64,000 bases of DNA from Eledone cirrhosa (lineage: Eukaryota). The first letter of the stretch is position 1, and every line of letters starts with the position of its first letter. Location: the NCBI GenBank assembly GCA_964016885.1, contig OZ024746.1, forward strand, positions 73,222,001-73,286,000, read 5' to 3'. This document shows positions 12,526 to 26,946 of the stretch, piece after piece. The position numbers and the translations under genes were made by a program. Under the pieces are notes generated by a model that did not search any database, was not told the DNA's origin, and saw only the letters and a program-made list of their open reading frames with translations.

Positions 12526-12570
12526 TCCACTGATGATGTCACATTTGTGTGACGAAACAACTTTGATAGA
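12526..12570 (+). ncRNA. Hammerhead motif with intact core and eroded stems I/III
   Basis: CTGATGA(12530-12536)-T-GTCAC-ATTTGT-GTGAC-GAAA(12554-12557), in an island between (TA)n tracts. Confidence 0.6.
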
Positions 12571-12582
12571 CTATATATATAC

Positions 12583-12645
<63 letters not shown>

Positions 12646-13091
12646 GAATATTTATTTAACGGTTTCACAGTGTCATGATTTTCAAAGGTTAATTGAGATG
12701 GAGATGTATGGCTATGCCGTGATATGTCTGGCATCTGACGGACTAGGACATTTCTTTCCATGTTATGCAAAAATAGCTCAAATTGCTATCTGTTTAAAGT
12801 ACAATTTGATTGGTTGTAGATGATCAGGTGATTAGTTATAGAGATTTGTTGTTGCTTTTGCGCCAAAAATTGCTGACCACGTGATTTTGAATAGAATTTT
12901 GTAGTTTTTGCGCCAAAACTGTATGACAAGGTTGGTCCTTTGAATTACAGTTACAATTAAAATTTAACCTTCCCAGAAGATTGAAATAACGTGAAATAAA
13001 GTTTATTTAAAATAAGTCCTCAACTGACTAGCGGGAATTGAATTTATGGCTTTAATCTTGTGAGAACACCTTAACCACGAAACGACGCACT

Positions 13092-13219
<128 letters not shown>

Positions 13220-13779
13220 AACGCACATATTTATATATAACCAATATGAGAGGAAAGTACGTTCTTTGTTCCGCCTCATGAATTGGTGTTGAAACAAAAT
13301 TCCGCCGAGAAAAAGAGCTGTGAAGCTGTCACGTATTGCTAATTTAATCATATTTTCTTGAATTTTCTATCGAATTTTACTTTCCCTTTGATTACTGACC
13401 AAATAGTCACATTACAGTTCCTAATTATTTGTAATTACTTACAATTATTATTTGAGGTCTTTTGCGAGTTATACTTCGATCAAAATACTTTGCTGAATTC
13501 TCCTGAGTCTTATTATCGCAGAGTATATGTATGTGTGTGTATGTATATATGTGTATGTATATATGTATGTGTATATATGATGGCTGCCCCTCGTTATCGA
13601 GTATGGCTATTGCACGATATACCATTATTAATAATTATTAATTCATTCTATCGTGCAATGCCTGTGCGTGAAGATATTTTTTAAAGTGAGGAAAGACTGT
13701 GCACTGAGCCAATCCTGTATACTGAGCGACAGTAGCTATAACCCGAAAAGAAGAAAAGATCAACATAATCGGTAACTAC

Positions 13780-14102
13780 TGAGCCGCAGGTTTTATATCG
13801 GAGTTATCCCAGTTTCCTGAGTTCCCTTCTCCTAGAAGAATGCCCTGACAAAGGCTAGGGGTCCTTCACTCCCAGTGGTTTAACCGCGCGATAGGGTGTC
13901 CAACGCGACTATTTCTATGTCCCCGCACATAAACACACATGCACACTTCTATATCCACATATAAATATACATACACATGTACATGTGTATATACATATTT
14001 ACACACTTTTGGATGGCCGTTGACTCTTATGAGTTCTTCCGCCCTTTGTCAGGTTTTGTTTTTTTGTCCTGCAGGGTGTCCAAAATCACCCTCCTCACCA
14101 AG
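13780..14102 (-). mobile_element. Fragments of the retroelement 5' leader also seen at 18340-18490, 36425-36510 and 56960-57245
   Basis: Shared strings ctagcctttgtca(g/a)ggca..ctaggagaagg and ttggtgaggagggtga..ggacaccctgcaggac..gagtcaacggccatccaaaa. Confidence 0.7.
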
Positions 14103-14684
14103 TAAACTACATACATACGATTTTATTAATACAACGATTTTATTTATTATATATTATTTACAATTTGCGTGTAGGCTGGTCTCTCTGGAAATAGGGTTGG
14201 GGGCGCTGAGGGTAATATATAGCCATGAGAGGGAGGGGGAGCCTCCAAAGTTTAAGAACCTCTGTTCTACACTATCAACACCGTTTTTCATCCTACCATC
14301 ATATCTATCCACCCGTCCATCTATTTTGACAGATACCTTTTTATTTACCTGCTAATCCACATTCATTGATGCGCACGAAAACCAGAAATATACTTAGTTA
14401 TCTGTCAATCCATCCATTTATCACTAGTAATCTACCATCTATCGACCTCTCTACCTATCTATCCATCTACCTAGCCAATTGTTTGTCTGTCTATCTACCT
14501 ACCTTTCTTTCTCCCTCCCTTTTATCTCTTTCACTCTCTCCATTCTCTCTCTGTATATATATAAGTTTATATAGGAGTGTGTTGTAATTTGCTTGAAGTA
14601 GTGTGCAAAAACGTTTTGGCGTGGATTGAGGGCGACAGCAAGATAATGTGTGTTCTCATGCTGGTATCGCTAACTATGAAAGTT

Positions 14685-14776
<92 letters not shown>

Positions 14777-14815
14777 GAAATTACATGAATCAAAATTCTG
14801 TTCAAACCATTTATT

Positions 14816-14862
14816 AGCTTACAATTGTTTCGTCCAAACCGGGGTTTGGAGTCTTCGGAGAA
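14816..14862 (-). ncRNA. Hammerhead motif with U4C change
   Basis: Minus strand CT-CCGAAGA-C-TCCAAACC-CC-GGTTTGGA-C-GAAA-CAATTG-TA-AG, then AATAAA and (TA)n. Confidence 0.6.
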
Positions 14863-15336
14863 ATTTTTCAATGATTGTTTACATACATGACCTCCTTTCC
14901 AACGCAAGAGACATACAGAAACATATGTATATATCGATGCACAGTGGGTTGACATCCATTATAATATTTTAGCATGGCAATTTACATTCAAAGATTAAAA
15001 TCATAATACTATATATATATATATATATGTGTGTGTATATACGCAAAGATACATAAATACATACATGTAAGGCATGAAGTAGTGGTCAAAACACTGTATA
15101 TTCTAGTCCTGAAGATGAAAATATAAAGAGGTACGTCAATGTGGAGTACATACTCACAAATATGAAGGAGAGGAGTACTGGTGGAATAAAAGATCAGACA
15201 TAGTGATACGGGACAGAGAAATAAAGGCATGCACAGTACATGTATATATACACACACACTCGCATATATATATATATATACACAACAACACCACCAGCTC
15301 TTTCTCTCTCTTCCATTCTCCTTCTGTAGTATACAT

Positions 15337-15960
15337 TTGCGAAAAAGAGAATATTTATGTTGAACTAATAAGGAACCTGCAGACACTCCAACCTAACTGT
15401 AGCATTAAATTTGTATTTGTGCTCATTGGGGCTTTTGGATATGTTACGAACGACCTCGGCATAAATCTCGAGAAGATGAGTTTTACAGAACTTCAAAAAA
15501 AAAAGACATGCCTAATTAGGAAATTACAAATACAGTCCATTAATGGTACTGTAAAATTATTGTTTCTACGTTTGGCACAAGGCCAGCAATTACACAGTGC
15601 ATTACTGGTACTTTCTTTTATCGATCCCGTAAGGATGAAAGGCAAAGTTAACTTCGGCGGGATTTGAACTCAGAATGGCAAGGGCCGTAACTCTATACGT
15701 CAAAGCATGGCGTCCGACCCTCTACCGATACTGCCAATCCACAAAATTATGTAAAATATTCTGGAAGTTTAGCATCTAATAACTGCAAACACGCGTATAG
15801 ATATAGAAACATATGTTTATGTGCGCATGTATTTTAAAATATACATATCCATACATACAATGTCATCCATATCTATACACATAAATACATACGGATAGAC
15901 AAATAATTACTTAGTTGATGTCTAAATTCCAAAAGCCTTGATTCTGGGTTTAGAAAACGT
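15337..15960 (+). mobile_element. 3' end of an RLE-type non-LTR retrotransposon (family D), interrupted by a SINE
   Basis: EKENIYVELIRNLQTLQP..FVLIGAFGYV..LIRKLQIQSINGTVKL continuing as CKIFWKF after the SINE; related pieces at 35220-35508, 37440-37535, 53040-53430 and 63320-63530. Confidence 0.75.
15557..15742 (-). mobile_element. tRNA-derived SINE, family A, TSD AAAATTAT
   Basis: Full family A sequence; aaaattat at 15553-15560 and 15743-15750. Confidence 0.9.
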
Positions 15961-16092
15961 ATTTCTGTATATTAGGGAAAAACTAGAAGAATATTCATAT
16001 CTGCTCAAGTCTAACGGATAAATGTTCCATAAACAGGTATAAATGACAATAAATAATCGATAACTAACATTAAAAACTGTATTTTAGTTGAT

Positions 16093-16333
16093 TCTCTCTC
16101 TCCCCCCTCTCTCTCTCCCCCTCTCTATCTCTCTCGTTCTCTCTTCTCTCTCTTCTCTCTTTGCTCACTCTCTCCGCCTCTCTCTCTCCTCTCTCTCTCT
16201 CTCTCGTTCTCTCTTCTCTCTCTTCTCTCTTTGCTCACTCTTTCCGCCTCTCTCTCTCTCGTTCTCTCTTCTCTCTCTTCTCTCTTTGCTCACTCTCTCC
16301 GCCTCTCTCTCTCCTCTTTATCCTCTCCGTCTT

Positions 16334-16366
<33 letters not shown>

Positions 16367-16513
16367 ATCTCTCTCTCTTATCTCTTTCCTAACTCTCTCC
16401 ACCTCTCTCTCTCCTCTTTATCCTCTCCGTCTTTCTCTCTCTCTCTCTCTCTCCTCTCTCTCTTATCTCTTTCCTAACTCTCTCCACCTCTCTCTCTCCT
16501 CTTTATCCTCTCC

Positions 16514-16566
<53 letters not shown>

Positions 16567-16644
16567 TATCTCTTTCCTCACTCTCTCCGCATATCTCTCT
16601 TCTCTTTCTTCTCTCCGCCTCTCTCTCTTCACTTTCTCCTCTCC

Positions 16645-16716
<72 letters not shown>
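16093..16716. repeat. CT-rich polypyrimidine tract with internal higher-order repeats
   Basis: Recurring units such as cgttctctcttctctctcttctctctttgctcactc and ctttatcctctccgtctttc. Confidence 0.9.
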
Positions 16717-16861
16717 CTTATACAGCCTCCAGGTTTACAAATTCTTTGAAGTTTCATCTATTGACTTAGTTGGCACATCATCAAATATATGACAAGTATT
16801 AACTTGATTTATTGATGTTCTTGTAGTTCTTCATTCAGTTTTTTCTTTTTGCTCTTACAGC

Positions 16862-16952
<91 letters not shown>

Positions 16953-17403
16953 TGAGAGTGTAGAAAGTGACGGACTGAGGAGGAGATAAAAATGATGGTT
17001 AAAAATATTTTTGCTTGTATTTTTATTCGCCTTTTTTTTAAAATAATTTTTACGATTTTGTGGTTTCTGTTTACTAATATGTATTAAATTTAACGTGTAT
17101 GTATATAAGTGTATTTGTTTATATGTGTCGGAATGTATATGGGTTAATTTTCCTGTGTTTTTATGAGTGTAGGATTTTTTCTCTGCGTATGCCTCTGTAT
17201 GTGTGTGTATGTGTGTGTGTGTGTGTGTCTGTGAGTGTGTGTGCGCGCGTGCGTGTGTGTCTGTGTGTATATATATATGTGTGTGTGTGTGTTAGTTTTA
17301 TGAGTATGATTTTTTTCTCTGCGTGTGCCTCTGTGTGTGTGTGTATGTGTATGTGTGTGTGTTTGTGTGTGTGTGTCTGTGTATATATATATGTGTGTGT
17401 GTA

Positions 17404-17450
<47 letters not shown>

Positions 17451-17868
17451 AAGAGAAAGAGAGCATGTGTGTGTGTGTGTGTGTGTGTGTGAGTTTTGAT
17501 GGGTCGATATCACAGTGGTCTGTGTATGCTTGTGCGTATGATCGGTGCATTTGTGCCTTCTTATGTGTGTGGTATCTATGTATGAGAGTGTGCCTATATG
17601 TGGGTGGGTGATTCTTTTATATGTTGTAGTTAGTAAACGATCTAAACAGTGAGAGCACCTGGTACAAATCAACTGCTGAATCAGTATGAGATTTTAAAAT
17701 CGATAACTACTTATAGTCAAACTGACTCAGCTTTACTCCAGACTACCGTTAGAATTGTTGATTATACAAGCCTGGGACATCATTGTAGTTCGATTCTTCC
17801 CCGTATACTCTAAACTAAATCCATGGAACCACATATCTTCATATATCCAAAGTTTATGCGTTATATAA

Positions 17869-18110
17869 TAATTGTTTCTATTTTTGGCACAAGGCCAGCA
17901 ATTACCAAGCGCATTGGCAGAAGGCTAGAATTTTTTTGCGGGGTGGTGGTGGAGAGCAAAGTCAATTATGACATCCTCAGTATTTGACTGGTACTTTATC
18001 GACCCTGGAAGGGTGAAAGTAAAGTTGACTTCAGCGGGATTTGAACTCAGAAAATAAAAAGTTGGAACAAATACTACTCAACATTTGTTCGACGTTCCAG
18101 CAACTCTGCA
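17869..18110 (-). mobile_element. Diverged SINE related to family A
   Basis: ggcacaaggccagcaatt tail, gactggtactttatcgaccc, gggatttgaactcaga. Confidence 0.8.
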
Positions 18111-18339
18111 AATATAACAACATCAACAACAACAACAACAGCAACAACAGTAGCAACGAGAACAACAACAGCAGCACTAGCAATAACAAGAAGAAATATT
18201 TATTTCGGTTACTTTGAAAACATTGAAAACATAGAACAAACGTTATTTTATAACTGGATGTATCATTGTTGAGAAGTGAAAGAAACATTCATTTCAAAGC
18301 GATATATATGTTTGAAAGAAACGTTATTTCGATAGTGGC

Positions 18340-19815
18340 GCATGGTCAAATCGTTGGCGACTAAACCGGCAACTCCACCAAGCTTGCTTGGTAAGGAGGG
18401 TGATGTTTCGATACCCTGCTGGATGAAAAACAAAACCCGTCAAAGGGTGAAGGAACTCAGGAGAGTCAACAGCCATCCAAAAATTTGTAAAATCTCCAGC
18501 TGCGGGGTACAAAATACTGGATTGGTGACCAGTGCAGGATAGCTCACTTCAATTCTAAGATTTGAGGCTACCCTAAAGTCGTTTAGAGATAGTGTCTCAA
18601 AGAAAAACAAAAAAACAAAAAAAAAAAAAAAAACACTGGCCGTAGCGGGACCTTAAAACCAATAACCTCAATGAGTGAAATGAATCAAAACATTTGTTTT
18701 TCCACAAAGACGTGAATGGTGCTGGAGCTTCTATTGAAGGAGTCTCGTCCAGCAGGTGTCCTGTGTAGCACATGCCCGGTCGTCATCATGACACTGATAG
18801 AATGGAGTGGAGTAACGAGGAAAACAAGGCTGTTGTGGAGTGTTATTTTAGAAGCAAGCCTGTGAATAAAAATGGTGTGCCAATTAGAGGATATAGACAA
18901 AGGTATTGCAGGAGACGAGGCTTTTTGAATTAACTGAGCAGAAGATTTGTGATCAGGCAAATGGCTATCTGAGATCGAGATTGAAATGATAAATGAAAAG
19001 ATAAGCCAGGAGTGTATGGAGGATATAGAAGCTCAGGGTGTTGGAGATCCAAATAGCGATGCGAGTATAGAAAATGATGGAATCCAACAGGAAGAAGAGG
19101 AACTGAATAATCGAGATGAAGCAGGAGACATTAACATTAATGAGCTGATGGACATATCAGAAAAAGACAGGCGGATGATTGCTGATCTATTAAAGTTCGT
19201 TAAATCAAGAGGCAGTAATCCCCCCAAAATGTTCAAAAAGCAAACCAATGTCAGCTAAAAGTAATAACTAACAAAGTAAACAACATCCTTGACATGGTGC
19301 TAACTAGAACCATCACAGAAACTAATAATCTAATCAGCGCTGCAAGTATATATATTGCTAAAGAGTTAGGTCTGAAACTGACGACACAAAAGCAGATCAA
19401 GGAACCATGGTAGAAAAGGAGAAGTGGACATCAAAATACTTAGGAAAAATATTAATATTCTGGAAAAGGAAAAACGAGGGGAATTAAGAAAAAGGGGGAA
19501 AGATTGAATAACTTACATGGAAGTACAATATAGGAGAAAGAAGATTACTACGGTAATTGAAGAGCTGAAAGAAAAGGTTCTTGCCAAAGCTGCAAAGATT
19601 GAAAGGTATGAACAACGGATCACGCAGTATAAACAGAATATACATTTCCGACATAATCAGAAGATGAAAGTAAGAAGTTTTGGAGTGATATCTGGAGTGT
19701 TGGAAAAGAGCAGAACAGAAGTGAGGAGTGGCTGACTAAAATCAAAAATGACATTGAGGATAAACAGGGAAAATTGGATATAGCCACTGATATAGTAGCC
19801 ATCCAGTGTAGAAAG
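18340..19815 (+). mobile_element. R4/Dong-like non-LTR retrotransposon, decayed 5' part with leader
   Basis: Frameshifted peptides [51 protein letters not shown] homologous to the 22.9-kb element. Confidence 0.75.
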
Positions 19816-20880
19816 TACTCTTTGTAACATGTGTGCAGTGCCTAATAGTGTTATTTTCTGTATGCTGAGTATATTTGTAGGTCCTGATATTTTGTTTATG
19901 TATCTGTCTCTATATGTTTTTTTAAAATTATTTTAGTGATTGTGTCTGTTTTCGTCACCAACAGTATTGCTGTTGTTGTTGTTACATAGTATTGATGCTG
20001 GGGGCGGCATAATTACACAATCTATTGGAACACAATCCTTGGTTTGGGATGAAGACATTTTTGTCTTTCTTCTTATTAAGGTTTTTCCCTACTGTTAATA
20101 GCTGTGCTCATTTTTGTGTCAAGGAATTTCCGAATAACTCTTACTGATTGAATCAAACATTCACTCCTAGATAAATATATAGCTTTTCAATTTTCTTTTT
20201 CTTAAATCCCCTTTCACAGTTCTCAATGCTCCAATGGCAGTTGGAAAGATCATTGCCTTGTCAAATTCTTTTTTCCAGCACTTTAGCATTTCATATTTCA
20301 AGTCAGTGTAATGTTTTTTCTTTCTCCCTTAAAAAAACACTCTAGTATCAAGTGGGCTGTTACGTCAATTACAAGTTTCATAGCAGTTTCTCTTCATTGT
20401 TTTCTAAAACTTTCACTTCTGTTCCCATCATTATTACTTTTTCTGTTATTATTTGAAACTTCCTTTAAATTCTGCTTGTCTTACAAATGATGTACAGGCA
20501 TTAAGATTCCACATTTTATCCATTTCATTTGATAGATCTTTATACTTACTGAGCTGTCCAAACCCTTTCGAGGAAATGTTATGATCTAATGGAATGATCT
20601 GTCAATTAACGCTTTCTCATTATGTTCCTTCACAATTATATCAGGTCTATTGATCTTAATTGTCCTGTCAGTGTTCACAGGGAAATCACCCAGGATTGTG
20701 ACGTTCTCGCCTCCTGTTACTGCATCTGGGTGATGGTTGTAACATTGCTTCCATAAGCGTCAACCTCTTTGCTGATACATTGGCCAAAATCTTGAACTCT
20801 GCGTTATGTAGAGTTATAGATCAATCACTGGCGACGTGATGCTCGTTGTTTGTGACCTTTCTTAGCAACACCATCGCGTC
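19816..20880 (-). mobile_element. Several decayed RLE-endonuclease/3' fragments of R4-like LINEs
   Basis: Minus-strand peptides [54 protein letters not shown]. Confidence 0.65.
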
Positions 20881-20993
20881 TCGACCTACAAACGTTTCTC
20901 TCTTTCATTTCTTTCTCTAAATGGGTCATCTCTCTCTGGAGAGAAAAACTGATGCTGTTGCTTTTACTATTATCATTATTAGAAATATCGAAA

Positions 20994-21185
20994 GGGCGGT
21001 GACTTGGCAGAATCGTTAGAGGGTCTGACGCCATGCTTTGCAGCATAGAGTTACGGCCCTTTCCATTCTGAGTTCAAATCCCACCGAGGTTAACTTTGCC
21101 TTTCATCCTTACAGGGTCGATAAAATAAAGTACCAGTAATGCACTGGGTAATTGCTGGCCTTGTGCCTAAAGTAGAAACAATTAT
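20994..21185 (+). mobile_element. tRNA-derived SINE, family A, 16-bp TSD
   Basis: Full copy; ATTATTAGAAATATCG at 20975-20990 and 21181-21196. Confidence 0.92.
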
Positions 21186-21564
21186 TAGAAATATCGTTAT
21201 TTTATTCATTTGGTAAAATGTGGCGTCAGCTATGTCTGCCTGTTTAATTGTATTCATTTAAAATAATTTCTGTTTGTCTTTTTATAAAACTGTGTTATTG
21301 TTATTTTTTCTTGGGGTTGAAATCAGTACTATCTTGTTTGTTGCGTCTTTTTCTACCCACCACTGAAGAAGCTATTTTAAATTACCAGTAAACAAAATCT
21401 TTTTAAATGGTATGAATTTCAAACAGACACCTATTTTCTACCTAGATAATGGGACAGACATTCAATCTTTCTGAAGTTGTTGTTTACGAATTGAAACAAC
21501 ATTCTTATGAAACAAATCGTGATAAACTGACAGAATTACCAACACTATTTTGTGCAAATTATGC

Positions 21565-21636
<72 letters not shown>
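21565..21636. repeat. (AAT)n microsatellite
   Basis: Pure run. Confidence 0.95.
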
Positions 21637-22363
21637 TTTGTATTATACATTTTATATTCAAAAAAGAAAATGGTTATAAATGGAAGAAAACCCCCTCTGT
21701 CTACACTATATAGAACAGTTAAATAACAGCAATTTCACCAACACAAACTAGATACACCACCTATCCCATCACTCCTCTGTGTACACTAAATACACAGCCA
21801 GATAACGGCAATTTCACCACCACCACCAATCCCAGCATAATAATTATAATTACTATTATTATTGTCTCAAGTTTTCACAAAATGTTTAATTCCAATATTA
21901 AGAAAATATGTCAACACATATATTAAACATACGCGACTAACCGCATAGATTCACCGATCAAACAAACTACAGTCTATTCAACAAAACTCAGTTACGACAA
22001 CGCCATCACTATAGTCACCGCCGCCACCACTCCATCCATCATTGCTACCACTATCCCACCACCGCCGCCACCACTCCTTCATTGCTACCACCGCTATTCC
22101 CCCATTACCTTCTGTTAACTTACGAAAGGGGAAGGTGGCGGTATCACTAGACAATATTAATAAACAATATTACTATTTAATTTTGGATCAGGAATGTTGG
22201 AGTCGAAAAGGAGGAAAATGGCAAAATGACTAAATAGCTAAATAGCTAAAGATAATTTCACCACCAACACCACCACCACTACCACGCTAAAAACTCTGGT
22301 CAAGTTGCCTCAACCTCTATTTCTACTTCAACTTCAACACCATCACTACAGTACAACGATCAC

Positions 22364-22516
22364 ATCACCACCACCACTGCCTCATTATCGCTACCGCCGC
22401 TATTCTCTCCCACTACCTCCTGCTAGGTACTACTAGCACAGCACCACCACCACCACCACCACCACCACTGCCTCATTATCACTACCGCCGCTATTCTCTC
22501 CCACTACCTCCTGCTA
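22364..22516. repeat. Tandem duplication of a ~58-bp unit
   Basis: accaccaccactgcctcattatc(g/a)ctaccgccgctattctctcccactacctcctgcta twice. Confidence 0.85.
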
Positions 22517-22894
22517 CATCGTAGTGTCCCCACTAAAAGAGGAAGGCATCAAAATATATAAATAGACTGAATTGATGACCCGGTCAAAATAAAAAAACCC
22601 AAAATCAAAATCAAAGCAGCACAGCAACAACGAAAAACGCAAAGAAAAGAAAAATGAAGAGAAAAACAAACAGACGGACAGAGAAGGGAAGGGAAAAACT
22701 AAGTCAGACATTCAAACATTACATTACAATGAAACTTATGCTTATTCATTTTTGGTTTTTTTTTGCCTGTTTGTCGGTTTGTTTATTTATGTTCATCTAC
22801 AGCGTGATAATGCCACACAAAAATCACCGGGCGTGACGAAATCACCGGTGGTTATGTAACCATACATTCGCCAATCCTCGATAAGAGTGTTTAA

Positions 22895-25712
22895 ATGTCG
22901 AACCTAAACAGTTCGAATAACGGTGAAGTGGAGACTAGAATGTCATGTGACAGACTCTCACCCAACAGGTGCTCCCTGGCTCAGCAGCAGGGACCTGGCT
23001 GTCAACCAAATACTGCTGGTGTCGGAGGAGGAAGAAGAAGAAGGAAAGGGACCAGAGCCAACTGGACGAAAGAATTGAATAGAACTGTTATGCAATGTTA
23101 CCTGAAGAGTAACCCCAAGGAGAAAGGCTATAGGAAACGGTTGCATAACATCTGGAACGAGATTGGTCTATTTAAATTAGATGAACAAAAATTGGCCGGG
23201 CAGGCTCGGGTAATAAGAACTAATGGGTGGATAAGCGAGCTGGAACTGGAGGAACTGAGCAGAGAGATTAGCTTGGAAATGGAGAGTGGAGTATGCCAGG
23301 CAAACGAGCCAGTGGGAAATGAAGGGGAAGAGGTCGAGAGAACAGAGGAACCATCCGAAGCAGACAATGATCTGAATGCTGAATTAAATAATACCTGGAA
23401 CAGAGATACGGCCACTGAGGAGATGAATGCTGACGGGCTAGGACAAGATTTGGTTGATACCCTAAACTTAGTGGTAGATGAATTGAACAATGATAGTGGG
23501 AAACCTATGAACCTAAGATTTGTAGACAGGAAAAAGTTAAAAGAAACAACAGCTAAGGTAAACAAAGTCATCCCATACCTTGAAGCGAGAAGTCTTCACC
23601 AGTGCAACAATATCCTCAAAGCAACAGCAAATACGGTGAGGAAATTACTTGGTATAAAAGCGAGAGGAAACAACAAACAAGAAAGATCAGAAACGACTGA
23701 GTGGTCAAATCAGGGAAATGAGAAATGACATTGGAAAGCTTGAGTCCCTACTGAATAGGACACTAAAAAACATAGACACTAAAAATAGACTGGAAATTTA
23801 GTACAAAACTAGGAGGAAAAAGCTAAATATTATCATAGAGGAACTGAAGCAACGCATTGTAGCAAAGAGTGGAAACATCAGGCGATACGAGAACAGAGTC
23901 AGTCAGTATAGTCAGTAGAAAAATATAACATCCCTCCACCCGAAACTGACAACCATGTTCAATGACTGCTTGATGTCAGGTGAGGTACCACAGTTCTGAT
24001 AATGAAAGACCGAATCAAGGGTAATGATGTTACCAACTATAGACCTATCACATGTCTGTCCGTAATGTGGAAACTGTTGACAAGCATTATGTCTGAGGAA
24101 ATCTACCATCACCTCCACACAAACAACTTGTTACCGGACGAACTGAAAGGATGCCGAAAGAAATCCCGTGGTTGTTTGTCCTTGCCCTGAAGCCCCTGAC
24201 CAGTATACTGCGAAAAGTGAGAGCAGGATACAGGTTGGGAAAGGGAGGGCTTATCATCAATCACCTCCTCTTCATGGACGATCTTAAGCTCTTCGGGAAG
24301 AGTGAAAAGGAGTTGGATGTGCTTGTTGACACTGTCCGTATTTTCAGCAATGATATATGTATGCAATTCGGTATTAGTAAGTGTGGAGTCCTTGTGATGA
24401 AGAGGGGTAAATTGAGCAGAAGTAACGGAATCCAGGTACCAACAGGTGAGATGATAAAGGAAATTGACACTGAAGAAGGATACAAGTATTTGGGTGTTCT
24501 GGAGGCTGATGACATCAAGAACGAATGCCATAAGTGCAGTAAATTCCCGAGCTGTGTCTATTATTAGGTACAGTGCGGGAATTCTGAGATGGAATGTTGC
24601 TGAACAAAAAGAAATGGATAGGAAGACTAGGAAGCTATTGACTATCTACAACATGTTCCACAAGAGGAGTGATGTCGATAGACTCTACTTAAGGAGATCT
24701 GAAGGTGGAAGAGGTCTTATCAACATAGAGGACTGTGTTCAGATGGAGAAAAACAACCTACACAAATACGTGACTGATAGTAAGGAGCCAATGCTCAGAA
24801 CTGTACTGAAGGAGAGGACAATAGACCAGGAGATGTCCAAGGAGGAAATACCATCAAGGAGAAAGAGCAGCCTTCAGGAAAAATCCCTTCATAGTACCTT
24901 CTTTGAGAAAACTGAATTCAGAGATCCATAGACATGGAATTGGTTGAAAAGAGGAGACCTTAAAAAGGTTACAGAAGGAATGCTAATGGCTGCGCAAGAG
25001 CAGGCTCTCAAAACGAAGTGGCTGAAACACCATATTTACAAGGAGGAGGCTAGCCCACTGTGTAGGATCTGAGGAGAGAGAGAGGAGACTGTGGCTCACA
25101 TTGTATCCGAGTCTAAACACCTAGCCCAGACTCATTATAAAGGCTGGAGACATGATGTGATGGGCAGGGTGATCCACTGGCACCTATGCAAAGTAAACAA
25201 TTTACCACATTCTGAGAAGTGGTATGAGCATAAGCCAGAGTCGGTGATAGAAAACGATCAGGTGAAGGTGCTGTGGGATTTTAGGATACAGACGGACAAG
25301 ACACTGGAACACAATAGACCTGACCTGGTGGTTTTGGACAAGGGAAAAAGATCGTGCCTGATTGTGGATGTAGCCTACCCATTCGACACGAGAGTGCAAG
25401 AGAAGGAGAGGGAGAAAATTAACCGATACCAGGACTTAAAGTGAGAGGTAAAAAGGATTTGGAACTGCCATGAAGTCAGAGTGGTCCCGATTGTCATAGG
25501 CGCACTAGGTACTATCTCAAAGAGTTTCCAAGGATGGTTAAAGAAAGTTAGTCCAGCCTCGCTTTTTGGAACACTTCAAAAGGCATGCTTGCTGGGAACA
25601 GCAAGAACCCTCCGATACGTCCTGAATATCTGAGGCTGCAGGTAGCGGCTTGATATTCATTTCAACAAACTTTCCAGTTAAATAACATCAAGGACTGAGA
25701 CTCAAAGTACAA
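22895..25712 (+). mobile_element. R4/Dong-like RLE non-LTR retrotransposon, end-to-end but internally deleted and stop-disrupted
   Basis: N-terminal WTKELNRTVMQCY..GYRKRLHNIW; RT NYRPITCL and INHLLFMDDLKL; eroded CCHC knuckle (CRI*..ETVAHIVSE); RLE RPDLVV..IVDVAYPFD..EKINRYQDL; (AAT)n at the 3' end. Confidence 0.9.
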
Positions 25713-25722
25713 TAATAATAAT

Positions 25723-25723
<1 letters not shown>

Positions 25724-25760
<37 letters not shown>

Positions 25761-26550
25761 CCTTTATCTTTATTGGCCACAGGGACGGCATACAACAAAT
25801 TACTTGATAGAAAATGGTTGCAAGCAAACATGCTGAGATCCACATATACAATAAGGCATAAAGTTGCGTAAAAACGTAATACCACATAAAAGAAAGATTT
25901 ATTATTTTATAATATAAAACAAAGGCACATATATAATGGTAGGAACCACCATCTATGGAGAGATCAGCTTACCCCAAAACCCCAACCGCTTTGCACAACG
26001 GACAGTTGCTCCCTCCTGGTAGAATTGAGGGACTTGCTTTTTTATATATTAGTTTCATCACTTGAACCCACCTTTCAGCACTCTCTCGATCCCACAACTC
26101 GCTTCAACTTCTATAAGTTGATGAGAGCTTAGTCAGAGAAACTGAATTTTGTCCCCAATAATTTTAATCGCATCCTCCGTACAATCCCTTTTGCTGAAGT
26201 CATCCTACAGAGGAAAACTGCTTATATATATTTTTTTTTACCATAGGAGGGTGGTAAGTGATCTTTATAGTCGTATCCGTCATATACGTGATAATAACCG
26301 TTTGACCTAGCTGCCCATTTCAGAACACTGAATGAATGTGTAGGGAACTATTTCGTCATTATCCTCGTATCATGGGAAATCCTGACTGGTGGCATAGCTC
26401 TGTTTGAAAGTTTATTTCAAATTAGTAATGCTCCAGCCAGTAGCCCTGCTCGACCAAGTTAAAAAATCCTCCAAAATTTACTAATTACCTTGTCTTTGTC
26501 GATGCCCCAAGTTCAAAGTCTTTCTGAGAGTTTAGTCATAAATACCATCA
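25724..26550 (-). mobile_element. Decayed 3' end of a probable Tx1/L1-type LINE with (TTG)n tail
   Basis: Minus strand AATAAA then (GTT)n; eroded zinc-knuckle-like and ERWVQV peptides. Confidence 0.4.
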
Positions 26551-26563
26551 GCAACACACTATA

Positions 26564-26946
26564 TAATTTTGTTTCTACTTTTGGCACAAGGCCAGCAATT
26601 ATTCCAGTGTATTACTGGTACTTTATTTTATCGACCCCGCAAGGCAAAGTTAACCTCGGCGGGATTTGAACTCAGAATGGCAAGGGCCGTAACTCTATGC
26701 GTCAAAGCATGGCGTCCGACCCTCTACTGATACTGTCAATCCACCGCCACTATATAATTGTTTCTACTTTTGGCACAAGGCCAGCAATTATCCCAGTGTA
26801 TTACTGGTACTTTATTTTATCGACCCCGTAAGGATGAAAGGCAAAGTTAACCTCGGCGGGATTTGAACTCAGTCCGTAAAGGGACGTAACTGTGCTGCAA
26901 AGCATGGCGTTCGACCCTCTACCGATACTGCCAATCCACCGCCACT
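26564..26946 (-). mobile_element. Two tandem family A SINEs
   Basis: Copies ~26564-26750 and ~26755-26946; cactatataat present left, between and right. Confidence 0.9.
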
